A DNA stretch of 64,000 nucleotides from Leptolyngbyaceae cyanobacterium. Lineage in GTDB: Bacteria > Cyanobacteriota > Cyanobacteriia > Phormidesmidales > Phormidesmidaceae. Made by a program: the position numbers and the translations under genes. The DNA lies in the NCBI GenBank assembly GCA_965263355.1, contig CBDHHL010000032.1, positions 928,001 to 992,000 of the forward strand, in the 5' to 3' direction. Shown piece after piece: positions 10,132 through 20,568 of this stretch. How positions within the stretch are numbered: the stretch's first letter is position 1; the number at the start of each line of letters is the position of its first letter. The notes beneath the pieces were generated by a model that worked only from the letters and a program-made list of their open reading frames with translations, did not search any database and was not told the origin of the DNA.

Positions 10132-10779
10132 ATGGTTAGTGCAGCTCCTTTAGTTAAGCAGCCTGTACCAAAGCCAGTGGGTGAACAGCGGGTGGTATTT
10201 AACTCGCTTACCTGGCAAGGTTTTTTAACGATGCGGCAATCGCTGAGTCCAGATCGCAATACGCGATTAACTTACTTAGAGGGGACATTAGAAATTACGA
10301 TGCCGCTTGAGATCCATGAGTTTTCAGCCTGGTTAATTGGGCGTTTCATCTACATTTTAGTATCGGAACTGGGTATGGAACTCAAGACTATGGGCTCAAC
10401 GACACTGGATCGGCAAACGTTAGATCGATCGGGTGAACCCGATGCGGCCTACTATATTCAGAATCAACCATTAGTAGCGGGGCGGGATGTAGATCTAGAA
10501 AAGGACCCACCGCCGGATTTGATTGTGGAAGTAGATATCACCCATACGGATATTGATAAGTTGCAACTGTATGCAGCGATGGGTGTACCCGAATTTTGGC
10601 GGTATAACGGAGAAGTTTGGCGGATTTACCAGTTACAGAATTCTGATTACGAGGAAGTGGATCAAAGTCCCACATTTCCCCAGGTCCCTAAGACCAAACT
10701 ATATGGGTTTTTATCGACAGCTAGAGAAAATGAGATGAGGGCCGATCGAGAATTACGAGCGTGGGTGAGAACTCTGTAG
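10132..10779 (+). CDS. Uma2 family (DUF820) PD-(D/E)xK endonuclease
   Basis: EPDAAYY, PPPDLIVEVDIT and YAAMGVPEFWRY. Confidence 0.92.
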   Translation: MVSAAPLVKQPVPKPVGEQRVVFNSLTWQGFLTMRQSLSPDRNTRLTYLEGTLEITMPLEIHEFSAWLIGRFIYILVSELGMELKTMGSTTLDRQTLDRSGEPDAAYYIQNQPLVAGRDVDLEKDPPPDLIVEVDITHTDIDKLQLYAAMGVPEFWRYNGEVWRIYQLQNSDYEEVDQSPTFPQVPKTKLYGFLSTARENEMRADRELRAWVRTL

Positions 10780-10871
10780 TTTGTCCACAGACTACTTTCT
10801 AGCTGACTGGAAAACTGTGTACTACCGAATGCGCAGTTAGTTACACTATGGCTGTCGTCACCTGTAAAACT

Positions 10872-11030
10872 ATGACAGCTCCACAACCAGGCGTTTCCAT
10901 TTCCAGTAGCACCGTCTCTGGTGAGAACATTAACCAGGGCGATAATAATCAGGTAGTACAGGGCGATGGCAACCAGGCCGTCGTCGGCAATGTCGGCACC
11001 TGGTTAGGCATCGCCGCATTATTTGCCTAA
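10872..11030 (+). CDS. Small Q/N/G-rich ORF homologous to the N-terminus of the downstream NACHT protein
   Basis: NINQGDNNQVVQGDGNQAVVGN versus NIAQGDHAHTLQGNQNKANVGN; hydrophobic C-terminal tail. Alternative start at 10848. Confidence 0.5.
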   Translation: MTAPQPGVSISSSTVSGENINQGDNNQVVQGDGNQAVVGNVGTWLGIAALFA

Positions 11031-11066
11031 AAAAAATCCTTATCCCGAACCCCGACCAATCCCCAC

Positions 11067-11132
11067 GTAGGTTGGGTTGAACCTCCCATACCCTAATCCT
11101 CACATCCCCCCCTACATCCCGCGAAACCCAAC
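11067..11132. repeat. GTAG-type REP-like element with expanded loop
   Basis: GTAGGTTGGGTTGA...GAAACCCAAC; same arms as 54564..54593. Confidence 0.7.
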
Positions 11133-11146
11133 AAATCCGATACCCC

Positions 11147-13239
11147 ATGCCCCATCCCCCCGAGCATGAATTTGAAATCGAAAATTCCTCTGTGCAAGAC
11201 ACCAACATTGCCCAAGGCGATCATGCTCACACCCTCCAGGGCAATCAAAACAAAGCCAATGTCGGCAACCATAATGTCCAGGTAGATGGCCAGGGGCACA
11301 CCGTCATCGTCCAAACAGCCCCCACCGAAAAACGCCCCCACTTGGAGCACATCCTGCTAGACGAAGTGGCCAACGAAGTCAGCTACCGACGGCAGCAGTC
11401 ATTACACAATCAGGTCTTTATCGAACTGGGTAAAACACAAGCCCCAGAGCAGATTCGTTGCCCATGGGCCATGGAAGTGAAAATAGGCAAACAAGCCCCG
11501 GAACCCATTCCCCATGGTCAGACCATCGCCGATGTATTTGAGCGGGATGACATTAAAGGAAAATTGCTCATCCTAGGTCAGCCAGGAGCAGGCAAAACCA
11601 CCACCCTGCTAGACCTGTCTAAAGCATTGTTAGAAAATGCCCAGCAAGACGCCACCAAACCTATTCCCGTTCTGTTTAACCTATCTAGCTGGCGGGATGA
11701 CAAACAAACCATTGCCCAATGGCTGGTAAACGAACTGCAAGAAAAATATCAGGTGCGCGAGGCCAAAGGGCAGGAACTACTAGAAGCTAAAAAGCTACTG
11801 CCCCTGCTAGACGGTTTAGATGAACTGGCAGCCCAGCGCCAGGAGGGTTGTGTAAAAGCTATTAACACCTGGCTGGGGTCAGACCTGGGTGTGGGCAAAG
11901 TAACTGTATGCAGCCGCATACATGAATATGAGACCTACAAAACGAAGCTAGCGCTCAATGGCGCAATTTGCCTACAGTCGCTAGAGAAAGCAGAAATAGA
12001 ACAATATTTGCAACGGACTGGCAAGACCAAACTCTGGCCCGTGATCAGTCAAGATAAAACTGTTTTGGACCTGGTGCAGGTGCCCCTATGGTTAAGCGTA
12101 TTGACCCTGGCGCAGGATGAACTAGATCTAGAAAAGTGGTCACGGTTAGAGACAGATAAAGAAAGGCTGACGCTGTTGCTAGATGCCTATGTGAGTTCGC
12201 GGCTGGCGGCACCGCTGAACGAGAAAAATTGTAAGTACTACAAACTGAGTAAAGTCCCTACAGCAAGGAAAACCCGTCATTGGCTGGTGTGGCTAGCCCA
12301 GAATATGGGTCAGGATGAGTTTTTAATTGAGCGTATGCAGCCTGAGTTGTTAAAGACCCGTGGTGAAAAGTGGCAGATGCGTCTGCTTGGATGGCTTATT
12401 TGGGTCTGATTTTGTCTGATTGGAGTTGTGAGTCTGATTGCGGAAGTGGCCTGGGTCTGGTTGATTTTCTGATTTGGGGTCTGAGTTTGGGTCTATTTTT
12501 AGGTCTGAATTGGGGTCTGATTTGGGGTCTGATTTGGGGTCTGATTAGGGGATTATTTGGGTCTGATTCAATTGATACTGTTGAGGTTTTGAAAATAAGT
12601 TTTTCGCGGCGCGAAAAATATTTTTCAACCAACTGATTGTGGGGTCTGATAGTGGGTCTGATTGGGGGGGGATTTTGGGTCTGGTTTTGGGGCTGCTTGA
12701 GGGTCTGATTGTGGGTCTGATTGGGGGTCTGATTTGGGGTCTGATTATTTTGGGGTCTGATTGTGGGTCTGATTGTGGGTCTGATTTTGGGTCTAGTCGA
12801 AGGCTTTAAAGCTGACATTCAAACTCAAGTACAGCCAAACCAGGGCATTCTCAACTCTGGTAGAAATACCCTATTTTTGTTGGTCATTTCTGTTCCCACT
12901 GCTCTTTTACTGTGGTTCGCTTTGCCCCCTATACTTGCCAGCACCAACCTATTAACCAGTGATGAAATTGCCACCACTACTGCATCAGGAATTGCCATTC
13001 TTTTTTGGAGCACATGGGCCTACGGCGGCGGCGACGCCTACCTCCGCCATTACGCCCTCCGCTTCGTCCTCGCCCGCTCCGGCAAAATCCCCTACCTCTA
13101 CGCCAACTTCCTCAACTATTGCACCGAGCGCCTACTGCTCCAGCGCGTCGGCGGTCGCTTTCGCTTTTTACACCGCACCCTGCAAGAACACTTTGCCACC
13201 ATGCCATTAGAAGATTATGGTCAGGGAATGAAACCTTAA
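11147..13239 (+). pseudogene. NACHT-domain NTPase with multi-TM GLIxG-repeat C-terminus, interrupted by frameshifts and stops (pseudogene, phase-variable gene or assembly error)
   Basis: Walker A GQPGAGKTT and Walker B LLDGLDEL in 11147..12409. Continuation lies in another frame (12370..12636; 12763..13239 ending LLQRVGGRFRFLHRTLQEHFA, typical of this family). Confidence 0.8.
12395..12795 (+). repeat. Degenerate 12-bp tandem repeats GGTCTGATTNNN (GLIx) in two blocks
   Basis: For example ggtctgatttgg tandem copies at about 12514-12549 and ggtctgattgtg copies at about 12754-12789. Confidence 0.85.
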
Positions 13240-13289
13240 AACAACTCACATCCCTTGATGGGTAGGCATTTAGGCTCAATCGGTTGGAT

Positions 13290-13310
13290 GGTGGGCCGTG
13301 CCCACCCTAC
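13290..13310 (-). repeat. GTAG-type REP-like palindrome overlapping the Uma2 stop codon
   Basis: Minus strand reads GTAGGGTGGGCACGGCCCACC. Confidence 0.7.
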
Positions 13311-13888
13311 AGGATATTCTCTACGTTTAAAACAAAGCCGGGCAAAACATCTCCGCCATCAATCTGTTGCGGAACTTGCAATACTTCCACAACTTGCCCT
13401 GGACGATAAATCTCTACCGTTTTATTTTGCGGGTCAATCAACCATCCCAACCGCACATCGTTTTCCCGATACTCTTCCATTTTTGCCTGCAACGTCGTCA
13501 ACCGATCCGTTGCCGAACGCAGCTCAATCACAAAATCAGGCGCAATGGGCGGAAACTTTTCTCGCTCTGTTGCACTCAACGCCTCCCAACGACTGAGCTC
13601 AATCCACGATGCATCTGGAGAGCGCTCTGCACCATTCGGTAACTTAAAACAGGTGGACGAATCAAACGTATAGCCAAGTTTGGTTTGTCGATTCCATAGA
13701 TTCAGATCAGTCGTAATATCAGCATTACGACGACCACTTTCACCACCTGTGGGGGGCATAATAATCAACTCTCCCTGGGCGGAACGTTCAAATTTTACAT
13801 CTGGGTTGGCTCGACAAAGCTGATAAAACGCCTCGTCTGTCAGCTTGCCAATGGGATCAAGGGTAATAGTGAAAGCGGTCATAGACAA
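13307..13888 (-). CDS. Uma2 family endonuclease
   Basis: FDSSTCFKLPNGAERSPDASW, APDFVIELRS and RLGWLIDP. Confidence 0.93.
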   Translation of the reverse strand: MSMTAFTITLDPIGKLTDEAFYQLCRANPDVKFERSAQGELIIMPPTGGESGRRNADITTDLNLWNRQTKLGYTFDSSTCFKLPNGAERSPDASWIELSRWEALSATEREKFPPIAPDFVIELRSATDRLTTLQAKMEEYRENDVRLGWLIDPQNKTVEIYRPGQVVEVLQVPQQIDGGDVLPGFVLNVENIL

Positions 13889-13941
13889 AAACGCTAAGAT
13901 TAGCCATTACTGACTCAAATTATAGAAGATCGCTTTATTCC

Positions 13942-15339
13942 ATGAATTATGTCAAACCTTGGGCGACCCTAATCACGGCCCTCGCTGTTCTGTTTCCCAC
14001 CACTTCGGTCAGTGCCTACTGCCGAGCTGATCTCACCCAAGAAATTGATGCCATTGCCGCTCAGCCTAGCCTAAAAAAAGCTCGTCTTGGTGTACTGATC
14101 GAAACCCAGTCTGGGCAGGAAATTTATAATCGCGATGGCGAGCGCTACTTTGTACCAGCCTCTAATGTTAAGCTGCTGACCACAGCAGCGGCCCTAACAA
14201 GCTTGGGGCCTAACTTCACCATTCGCACCTCAGTCTACGGTCAACCCGAAGCGAACAGCTTGCAAGTAGTGGGCCGGGGCGACCCCACCTTTAGCGATGA
14301 GCAGCTCAACAACCTGGCCAATCAACTCAAAACCCTAGGTATTACTAATATCAGTACCCTGCTTGGCAATGACACTTATTTTGCTGGCCCCACCGTTAAC
14401 CCCAACTGGGAATGGGAAGACGTCCAGGCCGGTTATGGAGCCTCCGCCAATAGTCTAATTCTCAACGCGAATGAACTGGGCCTAACCCTTTATCCCCAAG
14501 CGGTTGGTCAACCCCTGCGCATCGAATGGGACGACCCCACCCTGCAACGCCAGTGGCAGATCGAAAACTTCTCCCGGTCAGTTAGCGCTGGCCAACCAGA
14601 ATATGTCGACATTGGTCGCGATTTGAGTCGCCCTATCCTCAGAGTCTACGGTCAGCTGATCGCCGGAGCTGCCCCCGACACTGCCTCAGTCGCCATACCC
14701 AATCCAGCCGACTACTTCATCAACCGCTTTCAAAGCATATTAAGCCGACAGGGCATTACCGTTAACCAAACAGGTCTTACCACCGCAGCCCCCAGCGGCT
14801 CCGAGTTAGCCGCCATTACCTCCCCACCCCTGGCTGAATGGATGATCCGCACCAACCGCAATAGCAAAAACATCTACGCCGAAGCTATGCTGAAATCCTT
14901 AGGTGCAAAAGATCCTGAGGATGCCACCACCGCTGGCATCATGGCCGTAGAAACCATCTTGGAACGTGCAGGCGTCAATCCAGATTTATACGAAATTGTC
15001 GATGGCTCTGGTCTTTCGCGCCATAATCTGGCCACCCCCCAAGCCTTTGTCGATACCCTCCAGGCCATGGCTCGCTCACCGCACGCCACCACGTATCGCA
15101 ATTCCCTGGCTGTTGCTGGCTCTAGCGGAACCCTCCGCAATCGTCTGGGCGGCATTCGCTTTGTTGGCAAAACCGGAGCCATCAGCCACAACGCCTCACT
15201 GTCAGGCTATCTCGACCCAGTCAACCATCAACCCTTAGTCCTCAGCATTATCATCAATAACCTGGACCAACGCGGTGCAGTCCTACGCCGCACCATAGAC
15301 GACATCGTCAAAGTTACCGCTCAACTAAAAAATTGCTAA
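13942..15339 (+). CDS. dacB: D-Ala-D-Ala carboxypeptidase/endopeptidase (PBP4, peptidase S13)
   Basis: Signal peptide; SxxK (PASNVK), SxN (SKN), DGSGLSR and KTG motifs. Confidence 0.93.
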   Translation: MNYVKPWATLITALAVLFPTTSVSAYCRADLTQEIDAIAAQPSLKKARLGVLIETQSGQEIYNRDGERYFVPASNVKLLTTAAALTSLGPNFTIRTSVYGQPEANSLQVVGRGDPTFSDEQLNNLANQLKTLGITNISTLLGNDTYFAGPTVNPNWEWEDVQAGYGASANSLILNANELGLTLYPQAVGQPLRIEWDDPTLQRQWQIENFSRSVSAGQPEYVDIGRDLSRPILRVYGQLIAGAAPDTASVAIPNPADYFINRFQSILSRQGITVNQTGLTTAAPSGSELAAITSPPLAEWMIRTNRNSKNIYAEAMLKSLGAKDPEDATTAGIMAVETILERAGVNPDLYEIVDGSGLSRHNLATPQAFVDTLQAMARSPHATTYRNSLAVAGSSGTLRNRLGGIRFVGKTGAISHNASLSGYLDPVNHQPLVLSIIINNLDQRGAVLRRTIDDIVKVTAQLKNC

Positions 15340-15542
15340 ACCGTGCCCACTCAACAGCAATTGGTGGCTGAGCTGGCCGAAGCCCACTCAACAGTAATCC
15401 AGCCATTTGGGAATACTGTTGGGGTATACGCTAAAATATACGTCTTCCTTAATATTTATTTTAGATTTTCTTTTTTTAGTAATTTTTTCACGTCCCCTGT
15501 CCTCTATCAAAGGGGATTACCACTATTTCCTAGTGCCCCACC

Positions 15543-18500
15543 ATGTCTCGTTTCAATTCTCGTCAAGACCACCTCAACTATTACTATCAGCAGATTCAGA
15601 CGGTTATTTTGTCGCGTCAAAACCCAGTCACGGGTCTGCTGCCCGCAAGCACTGCTATTAATACCCATGGGGACTATACCGACGCCTGGGTACGGGACAA
15701 TGTGTATAGCATTATGGCGGTGTGGGGGCTGGCCCTGGCCTATCGAAAAATTGATGAGAATCTGGGTCGTACCTATGAGCTAGAACAAAGTGTTACTAAA
15801 CTGATGCGCGGTTTGCTATTTGCCATGATGCAGCAAACCCCAAAAGTAGAAAAATTTAAGCGCACTCAAGCCCCCCTCGATGCACTCCACGCCAAGTATG
15901 ACACCCCTACTGGCACTACTGTAGTGGGCGACGATGAGTGGGGCCATTTACAGCTGGACGCCACCTCTGTCTACTTGTTGATGCTGGCCCAAATGACCAG
16001 TTCAGGATTACAGATTATCTATACCCATGACGAGGTCGATTTTGTTCAAAATCTGGTTTACTACATTGGTCGTGCCTATCGCACAGCTGACTATGGCATC
16101 TGGGAGCGAGGTAATAAGCTAAACCACGGTAAACCTGAACTGAATGGTAGTTCAGTTGGTATGGCCAAAGCCGCCCTGGAAGCGATGAATGGCCTCAATC
16201 TATATGGCGTGCGCGGCGGTCATGGATCAGTAATCCATGTACTGCCAGATGAAATTGCTCGCACCAGGATTACGTTGGAGTCTTTGCTGCCTAGGGAATC
16301 GGGTTCTAAAGAAATCGACGCGGCACTGCTTAGTGTGATTGGCTTTCCAGCATTTGCGGTGGATAATCTTGATTTATTACAAGCCACAAATAACGCTATT
16401 GTCGAAAAGCTACAGGGGCAATATGGCTGTAAGCGATTTCTTAGGGACGGCCATCAGGCTGTGGTAGAAGATGCTGAGCGCCTGCATTATGAGCCTGGAG
16501 AACTCAAGGATTTTGAGCATATTGAATGTGAATGGCCACTGTTTTTCTGTTATTTGCTACTCAATAGTCTCTTTCGGAATGAAGGCGATCAGGCGGCATT
16601 CTATCGGGAACGTTTGGAGGCCTTGGCTATTAGTAAAAATGGGCTAGATCTGCTGCCCGAGCTATACTACGTTCCCAAGACGGTGATCGAGGCTGAACGT
16701 GATAATCCCCATAGCCAGATTCGTGAACCCAACGACAATGTTCCCCTGGTATGGGCTCAGAGCCTATATTATCTGGGGCAAATGCTTCAGGATAAACTGA
16801 TTACCCTAGGTGACATTGACCCCTTGGCCCGCCATCTTAAAGTGGGACAAAATCGCCGACCCATTGTGCAGGTTTCATTGTTATCGGAAGATAGTGACTT
16901 ACAACAGGAACTGGCTAACTATGGTATCGAAACTCAGGTTTTAGAACAGATCGATCCGGTACAGGTACGGACCTCGACTGATTTGGCTGACCTTTATGCC
17001 CAAATTGGCTGTAATGACAAACTGCAAACGACTGGACGTCCCGATCGTCGTCTGCGCAGCCTGACCACATCCCGGATCTTTCGCATTCAGCGAGAAACGG
17101 TCGTTTTTGTGCCTGCTTTTCTGGACCCCAGCCAGTTTTACATTACCCTTGACTATCACTTTCTGGTGGCCCAGATTCGTAGTGAGCTGGCCTACATCCA
17201 TGAGCATTGGAATGAGCCTGGTCGGCCTACGGTAACATTGCTGTTAACCCATCGTATGTTTGAACTGGGGCATAAGGCGATTAATGATTCCCCATTACTA
17301 CAGTTGATTTTTGAGCTAAAGGATGGTGAATGTAACGGTGTCCCCGTTAAGGTGGGGTCATTGTTCCAAATGATGCTGACAGCGGCCACCGAACGCATAG
17401 AAGATGTGCCTTTAACGAATACGGGTGAGACATTATCGTCCTACACCATGCCCATTTCGGCCTATTTAACACTGTCTGATAACAATACTAAACCGCTTAA
17501 TCAGATTCAGGAACTCGATCTGGAACGCGAAACGGATAGTAGGCAGCTGCTTCAGGCACTAAAGGCATCTGACAATCTATATGAGCAAATCGAACTGACC
17601 AGTAATTTGTGCCGGTTAGAAAATCTGGGTTTTGACACTGGCTGGGGTGAAGAAACTGGAGAACCGGTCATCCTGGCTAATTTACTAAATGAGATTTATA
17701 CGAAGGCAGGGCGTCTAGAGCTGTGGGGCATTGTGCGACGGGCAGCTGGATTACTTAATAAAATGGCCATTGGTTTGGCGGATGCAGCCACCGAACTGCT
17801 AGTCCGGCAAAAGCAAATTGCTGTGGGTAAGGCCTACAGTGAGGCATCGCTGATTACAGACCCACTGTCCCCCCAGGAATTGCTGGCCAAGATTAATGAG
17901 TTTTGTGGTGAGGATATTCGCGATCGCACCCTCAGCCAAGAAATCCTTATTTACCTCAGCGTTTTGATCAAATCAGAACCTGAGCTATTCGAAGGGCTGC
18001 TTACCCTACGAGTCAGCTACTTAATCTTGCTGATCAACAGTGAGATTTGTCGTGAACATTACTGCACCCAGGACGAAGCCTACGAAACTCTCATGGCCAT
18101 GAGCCCGTTTGAGATCAAAATGCGTCTGAGACGTGTATTGGCAGGCTATGAAGGGCTAGATAACAATCTGTTTCGTCAGGAATCTATCCAGGCTCGTAAA
18201 CCTAAATCAGTTAACTGGGTCGTTTTTCCCAAGGCTGAAGAATCAATATCTTCAGAAGAAGACTGGTTACACAAGCGTCAGCGGGAAGGGGGCTTACATC
18301 GTATTCCGGACGATTTTTATCCCCGCATCTGGCGGCTACTCAAGCACTGTAAAGGTATTGTCATTGGTGACAAACTAGAACGCCGAAACCGGCTAATCAG
18401 CGAACTGATCCTATCTGACACCACACCCGAAGAAAAAGATTTCGCGTTGCGTATCGAACATCTTTTCAACAAGATTCAGGCCCCCGAATATCGCCAGGTC

Positions 18501-18782
18501 AATGTCGAAGCCCTGATGGAACTCTCAGAACTTTTCGACACAAACTCTGACTGGCAGATAGACGACTACATCGTTTTAGATGTCCTCGTCGGTCACGCTG
18601 TCCGTCTGGCCTGGATCGAAGGTGGCGATCATCGTGCCCATCGCTATCTTCAAGATAAAGCCAAAGCCTGGCGTTCATTTTACCAAGACTCTCCTCACCG
18701 CTGTGCTCAATACATTGCAAAAGCAATGGAGTTTCTGATCGAACTCAATGAGCTAGGGGCAGGGGAAATGAATTCCCTATAA
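15543..18782 (+). CDS. Glycoside hydrolase family 15 / phosphorylase kinase alpha-beta-like protein
   Basis: DAWVRDNVYS, WGHLQLDAT, DYGIWERG, YGCKRFLRDGHQ, ECEWPLF and PLVWAQS. Confidence 0.92.
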   Translation: MSRFNSRQDHLNYYYQQIQTVILSRQNPVTGLLPASTAINTHGDYTDAWVRDNVYSIMAVWGLALAYRKIDENLGRTYELEQSVTKLMRGLLFAMMQQTPKVEKFKRTQAPLDALHAKYDTPTGTTVVGDDEWGHLQLDATSVYLLMLAQMTSSGLQIIYTHDEVDFVQNLVYYIGRAYRTADYGIWERGNKLNHGKPELNGSSVGMAKAALEAMNGLNLYGVRGGHGSVIHVLPDEIARTRITLESLLPRESGSKEIDAALLSVIGFPAFAVDNLDLLQATNNAIVEKLQGQYGCKRFLRDGHQAVVEDAERLHYEPGELKDFEHIECEWPLFFCYLLLNSLFRNEGDQAAFYRERLEALAISKNGLDLLPELYYVPKTVIEAERDNPHSQIREPNDNVPLVWAQSLYYLGQMLQDKLITLGDIDPLARHLKVGQNRRPIVQVSLLSEDSDLQQELANYGIETQVLEQIDPVQVRTSTDLADLYAQIGCNDKLQTTGRPDRRLRSLTTSRIFRIQRETVVFVPAFLDPSQFYITLDYHFLVAQIRSELAYIHEHWNEPGRPTVTLLLTHRMFELGHKAINDSPLLQLIFELKDGECNGVPVKVGSLFQMMLTAATERIEDVPLTNTGETLSSYTMPISAYLTLSDNNTKPLNQIQELDLERETDSRQLLQALKASDNLYEQIELTSNLCRLENLGFDTGWGEETGEPVILANLLNEIYTKAGRLELWGIVRRAAGLLNKMAIGLADAATELLVRQKQIAVGKAYSEASLITDPLSPQELLAKINEFCGEDIRDRTLSQEILIYLSVLIKSEPELFEGLLTLRVSYLILLINSEICREHYCTQDEAYETLMAMSPFEIKMRLRRVLAGYEGLDNNLFRQESIQARKPKSVNWVVFPKAEESISSEEDWLHKRQREGGLHRIPDDFYPRIWRLLKHCKGIVIGDKLERRNRLISELILSDTTPEEKDFALRIEHLFNKIQAPEYRQVNVEALMELSELFDTNSDWQIDDYIVLDVLVGHAVRLAWIEGGDHRAHRYLQDKAKAWRSFYQDSPHRCAQYIAKAMEFLIELNELGAGEMNSL

Positions 18783-18846
18783 CCAAAGACCTATCTCTGG
18801 CACCAGCCGCTACAATAGGACACGTTCATTTCACCCCTCGTCCACT

Positions 18847-20337
18847 ATGACCGCTGCGGCACCTGCAAAGACCGAGTACGAAGCCGTCATTGGCTTAGAG
18901 ATCCACTGCCAACTCAGCACCAACACCAAAATTTTCACCCCCAGCTCAGCTGAGTTTGGGGCAGCCCCCAATACCCACATTGATCCCATTACCTTGGGTA
19001 TGCCTGGGGTGCTACCGGTGCTTAACGAAAAGGTTTTGGAATACGCGGTCAAAACGGGCCTGGCCCTAAATTGCCAGATCGCTCCTTACAGCAAGTTTGA
19101 CCGTAAGCAGTACTTCTATCCTGACCTGCCCAAAAACTACCAAATTTCCCAGTATGACCTGCCCATTGCTGAGCACGGTTGGATTGAAATTGAACTGGTC
19201 GATAAAAAGAGCGGCAATGTAGACCGTAAGAAGATCGGCATCACTCGTCTACATATGGAAGAAGATGCCGGCAAACTAGTCCACGCTGGTAGTGATCGAC
19301 TTGCCGGCTCTACTTACTCATTAGTGGACTACAACCGAGCAGGGGTGCCGCTGGTTGAAATCGTCTCCGAACCTGATTTACGTACAGGCAAAGAAGCCGC
19401 TGAATATGCCCAGGAAATCCGCCGAGTTGTCCGCTACTTGGGTGTGGGTGACGGCAATATGCAGGAAGGGTCTCTGCGCTGTGATGTCAACATTTCCATC
19501 CGGCCCAAGGGACAGGAAGCCTTTGGTACCAAGGTAGAAATCAAAAACATGAACTCCTTCAGCGCTATTCAAAAGGCGATTGAGTACGAAATTGAACGTC
19601 AGACTGAAGCTGTAGAAAGCGGTGACGAAGAAATCATTCAAGAAACTCGTCTGTGGGATGAAAGCACCCAGGTTACTAAGAGCATGCGCTCTAAGGAAGG
19701 TTCTAGTGACTATCGTTACTTCCCAGAGCCTGACCTACCTCCGATCGAAGTGTCTAAAGAGCAGCTCGAAAGCTGGAAATCGGAGTTGCCTGAGCTGCCA
19801 GTTGACAAACGCCATCGCTATGAAACCGAGCTAGGATTATCTGCCTACGATACCCGCGTGATTACCGACGACGCCAGCATTGCCGACTATTTTGAGCGGA
19901 CTATTGCCACTGGAGCTGAGGCTAAGACCTCCGCCAACTGGGTGATGGGTGATATTGCCGGTTACCTTAATGCCGAAAAGCTCGCTATCGGTGATATTGC
20001 TTTAACACCAGAGAATTTGGGTGAAATGGTTAACCTGATCACCTCCGGCACCATCAGCAATAAGATTGGCAAGGATCTGCTACCCACACTGCTCAAAGAA
20101 GGGGGATCCCCAAAAGCCATTGTCGAAGAAAAAGGGTTGGTCCAGATTTCTGACCCCGCTGCCATTGAGGCGATCATCGATGAAGTCATGGCGGACAACC
20201 CAGATGAGTTAGCAAAATATCGGGCTGGCAAAAAGAAACTTCAAGGCTTTTTCGTTGGCCAGGTGATGAAACGTTCTGGTGGAAGGGTTGACCCTAAACT
20301 AACTAACCAGTTACTTGGCAAAAAGCTAAATGGGTAA
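18847..20337 (+). CDS. gatB: Asp/Glu-tRNA amidotransferase subunit B
   Basis: VIGLEIHCQL, FDRKQYFYPDLPKNYQISQ and DYRYFPEPDLP. Confidence 0.98.
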   Translation: MTAAAPAKTEYEAVIGLEIHCQLSTNTKIFTPSSAEFGAAPNTHIDPITLGMPGVLPVLNEKVLEYAVKTGLALNCQIAPYSKFDRKQYFYPDLPKNYQISQYDLPIAEHGWIEIELVDKKSGNVDRKKIGITRLHMEEDAGKLVHAGSDRLAGSTYSLVDYNRAGVPLVEIVSEPDLRTGKEAAEYAQEIRRVVRYLGVGDGNMQEGSLRCDVNISIRPKGQEAFGTKVEIKNMNSFSAIQKAIEYEIERQTEAVESGDEEIIQETRLWDESTQVTKSMRSKEGSSDYRYFPEPDLPPIEVSKEQLESWKSELPELPVDKRHRYETELGLSAYDTRVITDDASIADYFERTIATGAEAKTSANWVMGDIAGYLNAEKLAIGDIALTPENLGEMVNLITSGTISNKIGKDLLPTLLKEGGSPKAIVEEKGLVQISDPAAIEAIIDEVMADNPDELAKYRAGKKKLQGFFVGQVMKRSGGRVDPKLTNQLLGKKLNG

Positions 20338-20521
20338 ACTGGACGTATGGTTACCTGACAGTTATCCTATTTCAGGATAGAAACAGGCACTCACCTGGGC
20401 TAATTGCCCCTGAATTGGCGGGCTTTACATCAACTTTAAGATTGTAAAGTTCTAACAAAATTCCAAAAAAAACTAAATAGGGGGTTACACCCCACACCCC
20501 ATCCGTGGCATACTATGTTAA

Positions 20522-20568
20522 GTAGATGCACCCTGATGGTTGGAGAGCTTGCAGCTCTCCTTTTTTTT
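20522..20568 (+). ncRNA. Candidate sRNA of about 47 nt
   Basis: TACTAT -10 box at 20511-20516, then GTAGATGCACCCTGATGGTT, hairpin GGAGAGC-ttgca-GCTCTCC and T8; no plausible ORF inside. Confidence 0.5.
20542..20568 (+). terminator. Rho-independent terminator
   Basis: 7-bp GC-rich stem followed by 8 T. Confidence 0.8.

Noticed and set aside
12395..12795. Repeat tract as a CRISPR array or DGR variable region
   Set aside because: No repeat-spacer structure, no cas or reverse transcriptase gene, and no template/variable repeat pair with A-specific differences.
12396..12818. 140-aa minus-strand ORF with PQIR/PTIR repeats
   Set aside because: Antisense shadow of the GLIx repeat tract of the NACHT gene.
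15343..15783. ORFs 15343..15783 and 15407..15661
   Set aside because: They span an AT-rich promoter region and overlap the GH15 gene out of frame, with no recognisable motifs.
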